Shown here in pieces: positions 24,501 to 36,544 of a DNA stretch of 64,000 bases. The stretch covers positions 2,170,001 to 2,234,000 of the forward strand of contig CATNEN010000008.1 of the NCBI GenBank assembly GCA_950097015.1, written 5' to 3'. Position 1 is the first letter of the stretch. Each line of letters opens with the position of its first letter. The position numbers and the translations under genes are program-made. Under the pieces are notes generated by a model. That model was not told where the DNA came from. It saw only the letters and a list, made by a program, of their open reading frames with translations, and searched no databases. This DNA comes from Macrostomum hystrix (lineage: Eukaryota > Animalia > Platyhelminthes).

Positions 24501-27500
24501 TTTTCAACCAAGTTATGGAGAAATAAGACTGGACCAAGTAGCTTTCGTGGCGTGAATTGAATAATTTGAACACTTCCGATAACTATTTTGCGTTGGCCTT
24601 CAAAAACACTTGAATTCTTGAGTATTCGACACATGTGCCGATGATAGATAGGATGTTCTATTCATCTTTTTACTGTCCTCTGAGAATCCCTTGTTATCGG
24701 ATTTATTTGTAGCCTAATCCCTTCCACTCTTATCCCTTCATCTCTCATCCCTTTATCTCTTATCCCTTCATCTCTTATCCATTCATCTCTCATCCCTTCA
24801 TCTCTCATCCCTTCATCCCTCATCCATTTATCTCCCATGCCTTCATCTCTGATCACTTAATCTCTCATCCCTTCATCCCTCATCCCTTCATCTCTCATCC
24901 CTTCATCTCTCATCCCTTCATCTCTCATCCCTTCATCTCTCATCCCTTCATCCCTCATCCCTTCATCTCTCATCCCTTCATCCCTCATACCTTCACACCC
25001 CATCCCTTCACATCCCATCCCTTCACATCCCATCCCTTCACATCTCATCCCTTCACATCTCATCCCTTCACATCCCATCCCTTCGTCTCTCATCTCTTTA
25101 TCTAACATTCAATTTATCTACTATTAATTTATATATTATCCTTTACCGTCTGTCCTATTTCTACGTGCCGATATGTATAGAAAAAAGTTGAAGCCCTAGT
25201 CTCACCGATGTTAGATGAAATTAAATAGAAAAGAGGGAGATGAGCTCACAAAATATATTAGCCACATGAGATCAGGTAGACAATAAAGTGAGCAGTCTAA
25301 TATTTGCAAGCAACAGGAAATGACCTTGATATAGCTCGCGCGCTCCGCTCTCTGGTCACGTTTTTCTCCTAGCAGCAACCTTTCTATGTGATCCCATCCG
25401 TTTGTTGCATTTATCGTATTGATTTCTGTCACACACACGACTAAATGCATGCCAGGGTCGGTTAGGAAGGCGAAACACGGAAAGGGGTAGATGGAGATGA
25501 AGAGGGTAGAGGGAGATGAAGAAGAGTAGAACTAGATAAAGAGGGTCGATGGAGATGAAGAGGGGTAGAGGAAAATAAAGAGGGATTAGAGGGAGATAAA
25601 GAGGGATTAGAGAGAGATGAAGAGGAAGTAGAGGAAGATGAAGAGGAAGTAGAGGAAGATGAAGAGGAAGTAGAGGAAGATCTTCATCTCTCATTCCTTC
25701 ATCTCCCATCCCTTCATAGTAGAGGGTTGGGGAGGAGAAGGGTAAGAAGGGGAAGGAGAAGGAGAGGAAGGAAAGATGAAGAGGAAGTAGAGGAAGATGA
25801 AGAGGGATTAGAAGAAGATCAAGAGGGATTAGAGGAAGATGAAGAGGGATTAGAGGTAGATCAAGAGGGATTAGAGGAAGATGAAGAGTGATTAGAGGAA
25901 GATGAAGAGGGATTAGAGGTAGATCAAGAGGGATTAGAGGAAGATGAAGAGGGATTCGAGGAAGATGAAGAGGGATTAGAGGAAGATGAAGAGTGATTAG
26001 AGGAAGATGAAGAGGGATTCGAGGAAGATGAAGAGGGATTAGAGGAAGATGAAGAGTGATTAGAGGAAGATGAAGAGGGATTCGAGGAAGATGAAGAGGG
26101 ATTAGAGGAAGATGAAGAAGAAGAAGAGGGAGATGAAGAATGGGTAAAGGAAGATGAAGAGGAAGTAGAGGAAGATGAAGAGGGATTAGAAGAAGATAAA
26201 GAATGGGTAGTGGAATATGAAGCGTAGACTACGAGGACCAGGAAAAGGGCAAAGGCTGCTAATGTTTATGAGGACAGTATGCTGTAAGGTAGCCGCATAA
26301 CAACAGACATCAGGCAGTGGTCCTTCAGCACCCAAAGCCAGCATAAAAATGCTCTTCGTTTCTGGGAAAAGAAATTGATTTAAAGGAAAAACTGGGAGAA
26401 AAAACGCAAAAAGCGCACGCAAGACATCTCGCCCCAAGTTGGGAAGATTTTTGTGTCGGATTTTGATCGATTGGAATCGACTTTATGAAACATCGACAGG
26501 GGGCTTCGTGCGCTTAACTGGAATGCAATAGTGCAGGAATCCCTGTCTGTCCCTTGTCTGCAGTTTATCCCTGAGCTGCTAAATATGCATTATCATGTTG
26601 TCAAACTGCCAGGAAAGTCAGTTTTCAAAATTGACAAGTCGATAGCATTGACTTGATTCGCCTCGGCAGGTAAGTCAATATTTCAACTGCCAGAATGCAT
26701 ACAGTGAATGGTAAGAAGGGGAAAGATAGGTAGGAGAAGGGAAAGAAGGGGAAGGATAGGAAGGAGAAGGGTAAGAAGGGGAAGGATAGGGAGGAGAAGG
26801 GTAAGAAGGGGGAAGATAGGGAGGAGAAGGGTAAGAAGGGGAAGGATAGGGAGGAGAAGGAAAGAAGGGGAAGGATAGGGAGGAGAAGGAAAGAAGGGGA
26901 AGGATAGGGAGGAGAAGGAAAGAAGGGGAAGGATAGGGAGGAGAAGGAAAGAAGGGGAAGGATGGGCAAGAGAAGGGCAAGAAGGGGAGGGATGGGAAGG
27001 AGAAGGGGAAGAAGGGGAAAGATAGGGAGGAGAAGGGTAAGAAGGGGAAGGATGGGGAGGAGAAGGGTAAGAAGGGGGAAGATAGGGAGTAGAAGGAAAG
27101 AAGGGGAAGGATAGGGAGGAGAAGGAAAGAAGGGGAAGGATGGGCAAGAGAAGGGCAAGAAGGGGAGGGATGGGAAGGAGAAGGGGAAGAAGGGGAAAGA
27201 TAGGGAGGAGAAGGGTAAGAAGGGGAAGGATGGGGAGGAGAAGGGTAAGAAGGGGGAAGATAGGGAGTAGAAGGAAAGAAGGGGAAGGATAGGGAGGAGA
27301 AGGAAAGAAGGGGAAGGATGGGCAAGAGAAGGGCAAGAAGGGGAGGGATGGGAAGGAGAAGGGGAAGAAGGGGAAAGATAGGGAGGAGAAGGGTAAGAGT
27401 GGGAAGGATGGGGAGGAGAAGGGTAAGAAGGGGGAAGATAGGGAGTAGAAGGAAAGAAGGGGAAGGATAGGGAGGAGAAGGAAAGAAGGGGAAGGATAGG

Positions 27501-30500
27501 GAGGAGAAGGAAAGAAGGGGAAGGATAGGGAGGAGAAGGAAAGAAGGGGAAGGATGGGCAAGAGAAGGGCAAGAAGGGGAGGGATGGGAAGGAGAAGGGG
27601 AAGAAGGGGAAAGATAGGGAGGAGAAGGGTAAGAAGGGGAAGGATGGGGAGAAGAAGGGTAAGAAGGGGAGGGATTGGAAGGAGAAGGGTAAGAAGGGGA
27701 AAGATAGGGAGGAGAAGGGTAAGAAGGGGAAGGATGGGCAGGAGAAGGGTAAGAAGGGGAAGGATAGAAAGCAGAAGGGTAAGAAGGTGAGGCATAGGAG
27801 GGAGAAGGCTAAGAAGGGGAGGGACAGGGAGGAGAAGGGTAAGAAGGGGAAGGATGGGCAGGAGAAGGGTAAGAAGGGGAGGGATGGGAAGGAGAAGGGC
27901 AAGAAGGGGAGGGTTAGGAAGAAGAAGGGTAAGAAGGGGAAAGATAGGGAGGAGAAGGGTAAGAAGGGGAAGGATGGGCAGGAGAAGGGTAAGAAGGGGA
28001 AGGATAGAAAGGGGAAGGGTAAGAAGGTGAGGCATAGGAAGGAGAAGGCTAAGAAGGGGAAAGATAGGGAGGAGAAGGGTAAGAATGTAAAAACAGCTTT
28101 CCCTGACTAGAATTTCAAAGCCAATCAGGGCAACATCAAAGGGAATTGCTGGGGTTAAGCTTTGTGGGAATACTAGGAGACATAGAGTAGCGTTGTGATC
28201 CTCTTTAGAATCCTCCTTTTCGAAGAAAACAATCTTTTGCCTTAGTTACTAGCCGTCGAATAGTTTGCAGGATTCTAATACCAGATTCTAATCTGATAGT
28301 GATGCTGATTACAGAATCAAACTGATACTTCTGAAAAATGCCGGCTTTCGTCTCGCATTTTATCGCCATAAATCACCTTAGTGAGTGATGATAAGCGGCT
28401 TATTTCGCTACTAATTTGCCTTTGCCTCAGCAATGAAATTTTTGTCTCACAAATTTGCATTACAGCTCTCATGGCTGTCTATCAGTCATTCCACAAAGGA
28501 TACGCTCGATCTGATAAAAGTCACTCTTCCACTCACTCCATTAATGACCAGTTTTAGAAAGTCACTCTTCCACTCACTCCATTAATGACCCGTTTTAGAA
28601 AGTCACTCTTCCACTCACTCCATTAATGACCAGTTTTAGAAAGTCACTCTTCCACTCACTCCATTAATGACCCGTTTTAGAAAGTCACTCTTCCACTTAC
28701 TCCATTAATGACCAGTTTTAGAAATTCACTCTTCCACTCACTCCATTAATGACGAGTTTTAGAAAGTCACTCTTCCACTCACTCCATTAATGACCAGTTT
28801 TAGAAAGTCACTCTTCCACTCACTCCATTAATGACCAGTTTTAGAAAGTCACTCTTCCACTCACTCCATTAATGACCAGTTTTAGAAAGTCACTCTTCCA
28901 CTCACTCCATTAATGACCCGTTTTAGAAAGTCACTCTTCCACTCACTCCATTAATGACGCGTTTAAGAAAGTCACTCTTCCACTCACTCTATTAATGACG
29001 AGTTTTAGAAAGTCACTCTTCCACTCACTCCATTAATGACCAGTTTTAGAAATTCACTCTTCCACTCACTCCATTAATGACCAGTTTTAGAAAGTCACTC
29101 TTCCACTCACTCCATTAATGACCAGTTTTAGAAAGTCACTCTTCCACTCACTCCATTAATGACGAGTTTTAGAAAGTCACTCTTCCACTCACTCCATTAA
29201 TGACCCGTTTTAGAAAGTCACTCTTCCACTCATTCCATTAATGACCCGTTTTAGAAAGTCACTCTTCCACTCACTCCATTAATGACCCGTTTGAATAGGT
29301 CACTCTCTCAGTCACTCCGCTCTAACCCAGAAGACCACCTCACCGTCGAGAAACTCATCCAAGTAGTCGCCAAAGTCGCCCCTGTTCTCATCCTGCAACT
29401 GGTCGAATTGATGAAGCGCCATGAGGATGGATGTTCGCCGAGTGATGGACAGCGAGCTGTGTCGAGCTCGTGGTGTGAAAGGACTGCCGCCGCTGCAGCC
29501 GCCGCCGCCACCGCCACCGCCGCCAAGCAGGCTGCTGTGGGGTCCCGGACTCGGAGAGTCTGTGACAGCGGCATCGCAGACAGAATCTTCGTCTATTGAA
29601 GTCAGCGTCAGCATTGTCTCTGATTATCGACTTCAACCAAAGAGAAGCACAAATTTTATAATCAAATGCTAATCGAGATGTTGATTGAGGCGAAAGACAG
29701 ACAGTAGAAACAGTGCGAGTGGAAAAATACGAGACAGAAGATGAAAGTCGAACGTCTATCAGGATGCCGGGAGCCAATCAGAATCCACCTTCCACTCTGT
29801 CCGTCTGCTCAGCACCCTGCTCTCTTAAACTCTGTCCTCTTAAAGATATCGCACACACCTCACGTCTCGCTTCCTTTCACATTCCCCTTCTGAAATCCGG
29901 GATTTCCTGTTCAATGATTCCAATTCTCAATGAATGGCAGCACACTGTACTAATATAGGCCTCACGAATTCTTGAATATTCAGCTCTTCACGCCAACAAG
30001 TGCTTGGCAGGGCTTCTCTGATCCTGTGCTAATAATAAAACTGTCTGACTGTCTCATCTGTCTGACTCTCATGTCTCATCTGTCTGACTCTCATGTCTCA
30101 CCTGTCTGACTCTCATGTCTCATCTGTCTGACTGTCATGTCTTATCAGTCTGACTCTCATGTCTCATCTGTCTGACTCTCATGTCACATCTGTCTGACTC
30201 TCATGTCACATCTGTCTGACTGTCATGTCTCATCTGTCTGACTCTCATGTCTTATCACTCTGACTCTCATGTCTCATCTGTCTGACTCTCATGTCTCATC
30301 TGTCTGACTCTCATGTCTCATCTGTCTGACTCTCATGTCACATCTGTCTGACTCTCATGTCACATCTGTCTGACTGTCATGTCTCATCTGTCTGACTCTC
30401 ATGTCTTATCACTCTGACTCTCATGTCTCATCTGTCTGACTCTCATGTCTCACCTGTCTGACTCTCATGTCTCATCTGTCTGACTCTCATGTCTCATCTG

Positions 30501-33500
30501 TCTGACTCTCATGTCACATCTGTCTGACTCTCATGTCTCATCTGTCTGACTCTCATGTCTCATCTGTCTGACTCTCATGTCTCATCTGTCTGACTCTCAT
30601 GTCACATCTGTCTGACTCTCATGTCACATCTGTCTGACTGTCATGTCTCATCTGTCTGACTCTCATGTCTTATCACTCTGACTCTCATGTCTTATCTGTC
30701 TGACTCTCATGTATTATCTGTCTGACTCTCATGTCTCATCTGTCTGACTCTCATGTCCTGTCTCATCAGTCTTGATCTCTAGAATCTAGCGGTTACTGGG
30801 TTTCCCATTGTACTTTTCAGTTTCGCCGAAGCCGATGGTCGAGAGGCTTCACTTCCTACTCGTTAACTTGCCAGAGTGCAGTGCAATCTAGTCATCCAGT
30901 CTCAGCCTCATCAATTGGCACCCGGAGGCCAAACAACAAAAAATAATCACATCAGAATCTGGGACAGCAGCCCAGAGATGCCACTCTGGAACAAGGTATG
31001 GCCTTCCAAAATAAAATCACGCCCCACACCGGCCAAACAAGTCAATCCTTTTACGCTACTTCTGCAGCAAGTCCATTAGGCCTTCAAGATTGACCGCGCT
31101 TGCCGCCTATAGCTGCGTAGCAACCAACGAGAAAAATGAAAATGAGATTGAGATTGCCAAAGTCTTCCAAGCAATACGCACACACACACGCTTGCTCACC
31201 CTCTCTTCTCTATTTCCCACTCTAAACTTTCTCTCCCCTCTCCCATAATGAGCGAAGGCTGCGGTTCTGCTTAGCAAGTTATCCTATTTGGACGCGGCCT
31301 TCTCATTCTGCCGGTGATGCTACTTGAAGGTTTTCCATTTTTCTATTCGCCCAAATCGCCCACTCCACAGGTTAATTCTGTCCGCTATTTCTCTTCCAAA
31401 AAAGCGTCGAATTTTTCGGAAGTCGCAAAGATTCGCAAGCTGGGATCGGGATCTGGGATCGGGATCTGGGATCGGGATCTGGGATCGGGATCTGGGATCG
31501 GGATCTGGGATCGGGATCTGGGATCGGGATCTGGGATCGGGATCTGGGATCGGGATCTGGGATCGGGATCTGGGATCGGGATCTGGGATCGGGATCTGGG
31601 ATCGGGATCTGGGATCGGGATCTGGGATCGGGATCTGGGATCGGGATCTGGGATCGGGATCTGGGATCGGGATCTGGGATCGGGATCTGGGATCGGGATC
31701 TGGGATCGGGATCTGGGATCGGGATCTGGGATCGGGATCTGGGATCGGGATCTGGGATCGGGATCTGGGATCGGGATCTGGGATCGGGATCTGGGATCGG
31801 GATCTGGGATCGGGATCTGGGATCGGGATCTGGGATCGGGATCTGGGATCGGGATCTGGGATCGGGATCTGGGATCGGGATCTGGGATCGGGATCTGGGA
31901 TCGGGATCTGGGATCGGGATCTGGGATCGGGATCTGGGATCGGGATCTGGGATCGGGATCTGGGATCGGGATCTGGGATCGGGATCTGGGATCGGGATCT
32001 GGGATCGGGATCTGGGATCGGGATCTGGGATTTATTTTCTAAATGAGTACAAGTCGGTGTTCCATGAAGAGATAAGAATCAAGGGGAGAATTCTGTAAAG
32101 GCTAAGGCTAAGGCTAAGCTCCCACGGTCCCAAGTCCGATCACTTTCGCGTTGAGATTTATGCTCACTGGAACCCAGAATCTTCCCAATACCCGTATAAT
32201 CCCCCAGATACGGCCTTTTCTTGCTCCATCCATTCCTCCTCCATTCGAGAATATCCGGCCGCTCATTTGTGCAGGGAAAATCCTGGCCCAGATGTCTGTT
32301 TGCCAAGGCTGTGTCCAGGCCAGGCCAAGGCTGTGTGCATGTCAAACAGGGCGGACCACTGAGCTCCTCGCCGCCCCCGTCTCCTCCCAGTTGATCGAGA
32401 TTCCCACTAATTTATCATTATTCCGAGGTCCCACAATGATCGGGTATCCACTAGCTGCGGTTGCACCTGTTAATCCCTTGAATCCCTACGAAGCACTAAG
32501 CCTAGTAGTTTGCGCTTTAAACTTTGAAGTACAATCACTAGGACATTTTAGCTGCGTCCGACAGAAATGATTCGTCTAAATCAAAGTAGACAGCTCAACT
32601 TCAACTCTTTGTCTGTGGAAATTGTACTTTTTACTTCTGCGAGTCTAATGGCTAGAATCTGAAGAGACAGGAAAAGTCAAGAAAATTTTAAGTAGCTTCA
32701 TGGAATTGAGTATATAAGGGGTAGAAGCACTTTTAGCTCGACTCCTATTTGAGTTCATTCTGTCTGTGATAGACTGTCTATCACAGTGGCCCTCTTTAAT
32801 TTGAACTCAAAAAGCCCGTTCCGAGAAAATATCCTGCGAAAATTGTGAAAGCACTCGAAGCAACAGTGCAGAAATGCCGTTAATACTGGGATAAAATACT
32901 GGTGGCCGGCAAGGCATGTGCTATGCGCTTTCATTTATTAGATTAGCAATCATGAATTTATTGCTGCATCAAGCCCAGCTTTTGGACTTGCCGCTTCGAG
33001 AAGTAGCATCCATTTTTTGCTCTAACCAGTGTTTCGGCTAAATGTGCACTACTCATAGTCATTATATTTTTATCGTGGAATAAAAGTACAATACTTTTCG
33101 TCTTTCACGAATTTACTTCGTTTACTACTTATGGTCGATCTGTGGGAATAACTTGTCTAGGTCACTTTTCTTTTTCTTTACACGACTCGTAAATCCAGTA
33201 TTCTAAAACACAATCGAAAGATAAATTACGCCTCACTTCTATTTTTAGAAATTTTTTCTACCCTAAAAATTCCGACCAATCATATCTAGCCCCAGCTCTA
33301 AATGTACGTAGTCATTCCGCTAGCGCACCACCCCAACTTTCGATCCAATCGCTGTCGCTCGCTAATGACTGCCTTCCGTTCAGTAAAGACTTTTGCTGTA
33401 CATAGTCAATAGATATCGCTTTACCCTTAACTTTTCTAACCGCCGAGCACTGGTCGACTCTCTTGCCTGCCTTCCCCGAACCTGACTGTAAATAGGCTGA

Positions 33501-34116
33501 GCCCCCCCCCCACACTCCAAAATTCCCATCCCTCAAAGGCCCCTGCTGTCCAACTTGGAAAATTCCGCATTTTCCGAATCTTAGATGTACACAAAAAAAC
33601 TTTTCTACCCCTCAAACCAAATCTACTTAACATTATTTTCTTATCTACCTTCTAACCCTCTCACCCAGCCCAAATCTAAAATGTAAATTACCAGCATACT
33701 GCTACTAGACTACTCGTATCAGTAGAATGAAAAACATTTTTATAAAAAACTATCAATCTACTCCTTACCAGTACCGTCCGCGTTCCTATAGAACATGGCC
33801 AAACTGCCCCCGCTCATTATGCTGAGATTGTCGCGATCAACAGAGGCGGCACTGCTGCCGGACCCGCGCCTCTGATGTTGCCGAACGCGCCCGGAGGGCG
33901 ACCTTTGCCTGGGCGGCCTGTGATCCGGCAGGGTCAGGAAGGACGACTGCGGGATCGGCGCCGGCTGCGGAGTCGACGGCTCCTGGGGAGCCTCCTGATC
34001 TGCTGGCATGTCAATGAGGCAGGCGGAGTCCAAGTCTGTCTGCGAAGCCGGCGGGCCATTGTTGAGAAGAGTCTGAGCCTGCTGCTGAGCTGATGAAGCG
34101 TCGATCGCTGGTGAGC
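3165..34116 (-). CDS. SLC4A11: SLC4A11-like (BTR1/NaBC1) SLC4-family membrane transporter, 19 coding exons, about 1050-1080+ aa; 5' end unresolved
   Basis: Exons in transcript order: 34116-33769, 29619-29344, 17161-16952, 16357-16320, 16227-15900, 15254-15170, 14542-14419 (GC donor), 13946-13737, 13022-12941, 12853-12731, 10512-10399, 8181-7975, 7297-7072 (GC donor), 4947-4841, 4516-4351, 4176-4000, 3918-3723, 3605-3436, 3228-3165 (TGA). All phases join without stops. Motifs matching my recollection of SLC4A11: [149 protein letters not shown]. The first three exons are low-complexity and supported only by splice signals and phase, so they are less certain. Confidence 0.93.
5341..7066. repeat. 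37-bp intronic minisatellite, about 46 copies
   Basis: Unit GATGGGATAGACTAGCAATCCATTCTGTTCCTTCACT; ends at the GC donor at 7071. Confidence 0.97.
7350..7888. repeat. 24-bp intronic minisatellite (array 1)
   Basis: Unit CTAGCTACGATTCCTACTGCGACT; produces the false [11 protein letters not shown]. Confidence 0.95.
8330..9018. repeat. 24-bp intronic minisatellite (array 2, same unit as 7350-7888)
   Basis: Same unit and orientation, on the other side of exon 7975-8181. Confidence 0.95.
9017..9158 (-). mobile_element. SINE family A, internally deleted fragment
   Basis: CACTCACACAGGTGTGTACATC...GACTTTCTCATCGTCAGGCAGTG...AATGTGGCCTCGCCGCG matches the other family A copies. Confidence 0.8.
9870..10108. 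repeat. 16-bp GAGATGAGACAGG-family minisatellite
   Basis: Units ATGAGACAGGGGAGAG / ATGAGACAGGAAGGAG. Confidence 0.92.
10545..12718. repeat. 34-bp intronic minisatellite, about 64 copies
   Basis: Unit GGGAGTGCGTGTGGGAAGGAGAGTGACTAGAATC; fills nearly the whole intron 10513-12730. Confidence 0.97.
13215..13720. repeat. 13-bp pyrimidine-rich minisatellite
   Basis: Unit CCTTCCCTTCAAT. Confidence 0.95.
14045..14416. repeat. Compound minisatellite (15-bp array then 16/17-bp array)
   Basis: ATCCCTTCATCTCCA units followed by CCAGTTCCCCAATCTC units that run up to the GC donor at 14418. Confidence 0.92.
14648..15030. repeat. 22-bp minisatellite
   Basis: Unit CCTTCAATCCTTCATCTACCTC. Confidence 0.95.
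15628..15857. repeat. (GGAA)n microsatellite
   Basis: Long GGAA tract with a few variants. Confidence 0.97.
16463..16889 (-). mobile_element. SINE family A copy plus about 120-bp 3' extension
   Basis: tRNA-like head near 16830-16889, family A body and TTA-rich tail near 16580-16595. The extension 16463-16580 is shared with 23590-23711. Confidence 0.88.
17505..18360. repeat. 24-bp minisatellite with two interspersed variants
   Basis: GAGAGTAGCTATGAGATTATCCTT and GAGAGTAGCTATGAGATTATTCAA. Confidence 0.96.
18373..18680 (+). mobile_element. SINE family B (tRNA-derived)
   Basis: Head with A-box-like TAGCCATGTGG and B-box-like GATTCGATTCC, body CACCCAGCTGTTAAATGGGTACC, tail TTATTATTA. Highly similar to 62564-62882. 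Confidence 0.88.
19185..22468. repeat. 3.3-kb GAGATGAGACAGG-family minisatellite with higher-order duplications
   Basis: 15-16-bp units; 19621-19880 recurs at 20161-20420 (540-bp offset). Confidence 0.96.
23231..23711 (+). mobile_element. SINE family A, full length, plus about 120-bp 3' extension
   Basis: A box TGGCAGAGCGG, B-box-like GCTCGATTCC, head resembling tRNA-Val (GTTCGCCT...AAGGTCCC), TTATTATTGTTATTA tail, then an extension ending CGTGACTAA. Confidence 0.9.
23711..25446. mobile_element. Putative 1.7-kb non-autonomous DNA transposon with 30-bp terminal inverted repeats
   Basis: 23711-23740 ATTTAGTCCTGTGTGTGACAGAAATGAATA versus the reverse complement of 25417-25446 ATTTAGTCGTGTGTGTGACAGAAATCAATA (28/30). 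No TSD or transposase seen. Confidence 0.55.
24715..25100. repeat. 15-bp minisatellite
   Basis: Unit ATCCCTTCATCTCTC, related to 14045-14165. Confidence 0.92.
25490..26200. repeat. 21-bp purine-rich minisatellite
   Basis: Unit GAGGAAGATGAAGAGGGATTA. Confidence 0.9.
26705..28085. repeat. 30-bp purine-rich minisatellite
   Basis: Unit AAGAAGGGGAAGGATAGGGAGGAGAAGGGT. Confidence 0.95.
28515..29300. repeat. 41-bp minisatellite
   Basis: Unit AGAAAGTCACTCTTCCACTCACTCCATTAATGACCAGTTTT; ends about 45 bp from the donor at 29343. Confidence 0.96.
30050..30770. repeat. 22-bp minisatellite
   Basis: Unit TCTGACTCTCATGTCTCATCTG. Confidence 0.95.
31441..32031. repeat. Perfect 13-bp G-rich tandem array, about 45 copies
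   Basis: Unit GGGATCGGGATCT with no visible variant. Confidence 0.98.
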
Positions 34117-34254
34117 CTGCAGCAGTTTTTAGGAATCGCTTTTTAGGCCCATCATACAGACAGACGGTAAATAGGACAGATGAAATATTGAAGAATGAAA
34201 AATTAACCATTAATAACGAGATTAACAGATGAGGTAAATGAGAGATAAATATGG

Positions 34255-35105
34255 GATGGACAGATGAGAGAGATGAGAATGAGATTGACGGATGAGATGA
34301 GAGAGATGAGAATGAGATTGACAGATGAGATGAGAGAGATGAGAATGAGATTGACGGATGAGACAAGAGAGATGAGAATGAGATGGAGAGATGAGACAAG
34401 AGAGATGAGAATGAGATGGAGAGATGAGACAAGAGAGATGAGAATGAGATGGATGGATGAGACAAGAGAGATGAGAATGAGATGGATGGATGAGACAAGA
34501 GAGATGAGAATGAGATGGAGAGATGAGACAAGAGAGATGAGAATGAGATGGAGAGATGAGACAAGAGAGATGAGAATGAGATGGAGAGATGAGACAAGAG
34601 AGATGAGAATGAGATGGAGAGATGAGACAAGAGAGATGAGAATGAGATGGAGAGATGAGACAAGAGAGATGAGAATGAGATTGAGAGATGAGACAAGAGA
34701 GATGAGAATGAGATGGAGAGATGAGACAAGAGAGATGAGAATGAGATGGATGGATGAGACAAGAGAGATGAGAATAAGATGGATGGATGAGACAAGAGAG
34801 ATGAGAATGAGATGGAGAGATGAGACAAGAGAGATGAAAATGAGATGGAGAGATGAGACAAGAGAGATGAGAATGAGATGGAGAGATGAGACAAGAGAGA
34901 TGAGAATGAGATGGAGAGATGAGACAAGAGAGATGAGAATGAGATGGAGAGATGAGACAAGAGAGATGAGAATGAGATGGAGAGATGAGACAAGAGAGAT
35001 GAGAATGAGATGGATGGATGAGACAAGAGAGATGAGAATGAGATGGAGAGATGAGACAAGAGAGATGAGAATGAGATGGAGAGATGAGACAAGAGAGATG
35101 AGACA
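34255..35105. repeat. 33-bp GAGATGAGAC-core minisatellite
   Basis: Unit GAGATGAGACAAGAGAGATGAGAATGAGATGGA. Confidence 0.95.
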
Positions 35106-35908
35106 GACAGACAGGAATGAGATTGGGTTAGAAAGAATAGGCAAAAAGCAAAAAAAATCAATCTCAGTGAGTTGGCGGAACAATAGTGACGGCAAGATAG
35201 ATTGGGTGGAATCGGAAGCAGAAACAGTGTGAGTTAGCGATCAATTAGAAGTGACGAGTGTTGCAGAGAAATCCCAAAGACTACTCGCTCCCCAATTCCC
35301 CAGTTGAAGTGGCCGGGTCGCACTTTTACTCTGGCTTTCTAACCTACGCTGGGAAAACTAAATCCCAATTAGTTTCTGGGATGTTGTGGGCCCTTGGCTG
35401 GCAAATGAGGCATGATTGAATGCCGGAAACAGTTTAAGAAGGCCTGATACAGACTGCCTGTCTAGTCTAAGCAATCGGTGTGTTTGTTTGAAATTTCCAC
35501 GAGTTTTGCCTATGGAAACGTTATTTTTTTAGTTATTTTCAGATTTTCGTATGATAGTAAATTAGATTAATATCCTTCGCTAATTATCAATCCGAAGGAG
35601 GTTGCGGGTTCGAATTCAAACAAAATTCGAACTAGTAGACGACAATTTTAAGACCTTCTGTGGCGGCCTCTTTTTATCTCTTCTGTCAGGGAAATTGTTG
35701 CCTCCCTTTCGTTTAGTTTCCATCTCAAATCTGAGTTTAAAAAATCTCTGCACTTTTAGCAGAGATTTTGTCAGCAGAAGCACCCTTGGAGTTCTTCTGC
35801 TCTGTTGAATCGCTTTGCTTGAAGTGAAGCGAAACGAAAAATGCAAATTAAGTCTATCGCGACCGCATGATCCAATGACTTCTGAAGTTGGCGATACAAA
35901 CTAATCTA

Positions 35909-35927
35909 TAGAGATAGATAGATAGAC

Positions 35928-35978
<51 letters not shown>

Positions 35979-36001
35979 GAGATAGATAGATAGATAGATA
36001 G
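35909..36001. repeat. (GATA)n microsatellite
   Basis: Direct inspection. Confidence 0.97.
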
Positions 36002-36544
36002 AACATTAAGAATTTGGTGTTAGAGAGTCCCGGGAAGAGAGAGAGAGGAGCAACGCGTGTCAGAAAATTCCAAGATTAAAAAGTACACGTCAGGCATTCT
36101 TTGGTTGGAAGGCATGAGCGGTGAGACACATCACGTGACCAGAATATTCCTCAGGGAGCAATTCTCGGCGCCCCAAATTGTCGATCTTCGCCATCCTCCC
36201 AGAGGCCGGCCTACTTCGCTCTTAACTCCATGAAAAAAACAGTTTTGTCCCACCCGGCAACTACCAAGGAGCCGCGCAGAAAGATTTGTACTTTTCATAG
36301 AGTGACTACTCAAGTTCAATAAAGATTCCCTTATTTTGTTGTCGCCCTAGAAGCCAAGGGACTCCGTCCGTCGATTTGGTTTCCTTTTTATTTCATAGAA
36401 AACAGTTCTACGAGCTATGAGCTATGGAAATTATTTAGGAAGATGCGAATGACAATACGTGACTGCGATAGAATGGATTGAAGCAACACCAATTTTTCAT
36501 CTTTAGCATTTTTTTAAACGATCGGAGTCTGTTGGGACAGATAA

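Noticed and set aside
25211-25450. Extra SLC4A11 exon [18 protein letters not shown]...
   Set aside because: The apparent acceptor is part of the TIR, the donor is weak (GTCATT), and its phase 0 does not fit the next exon.
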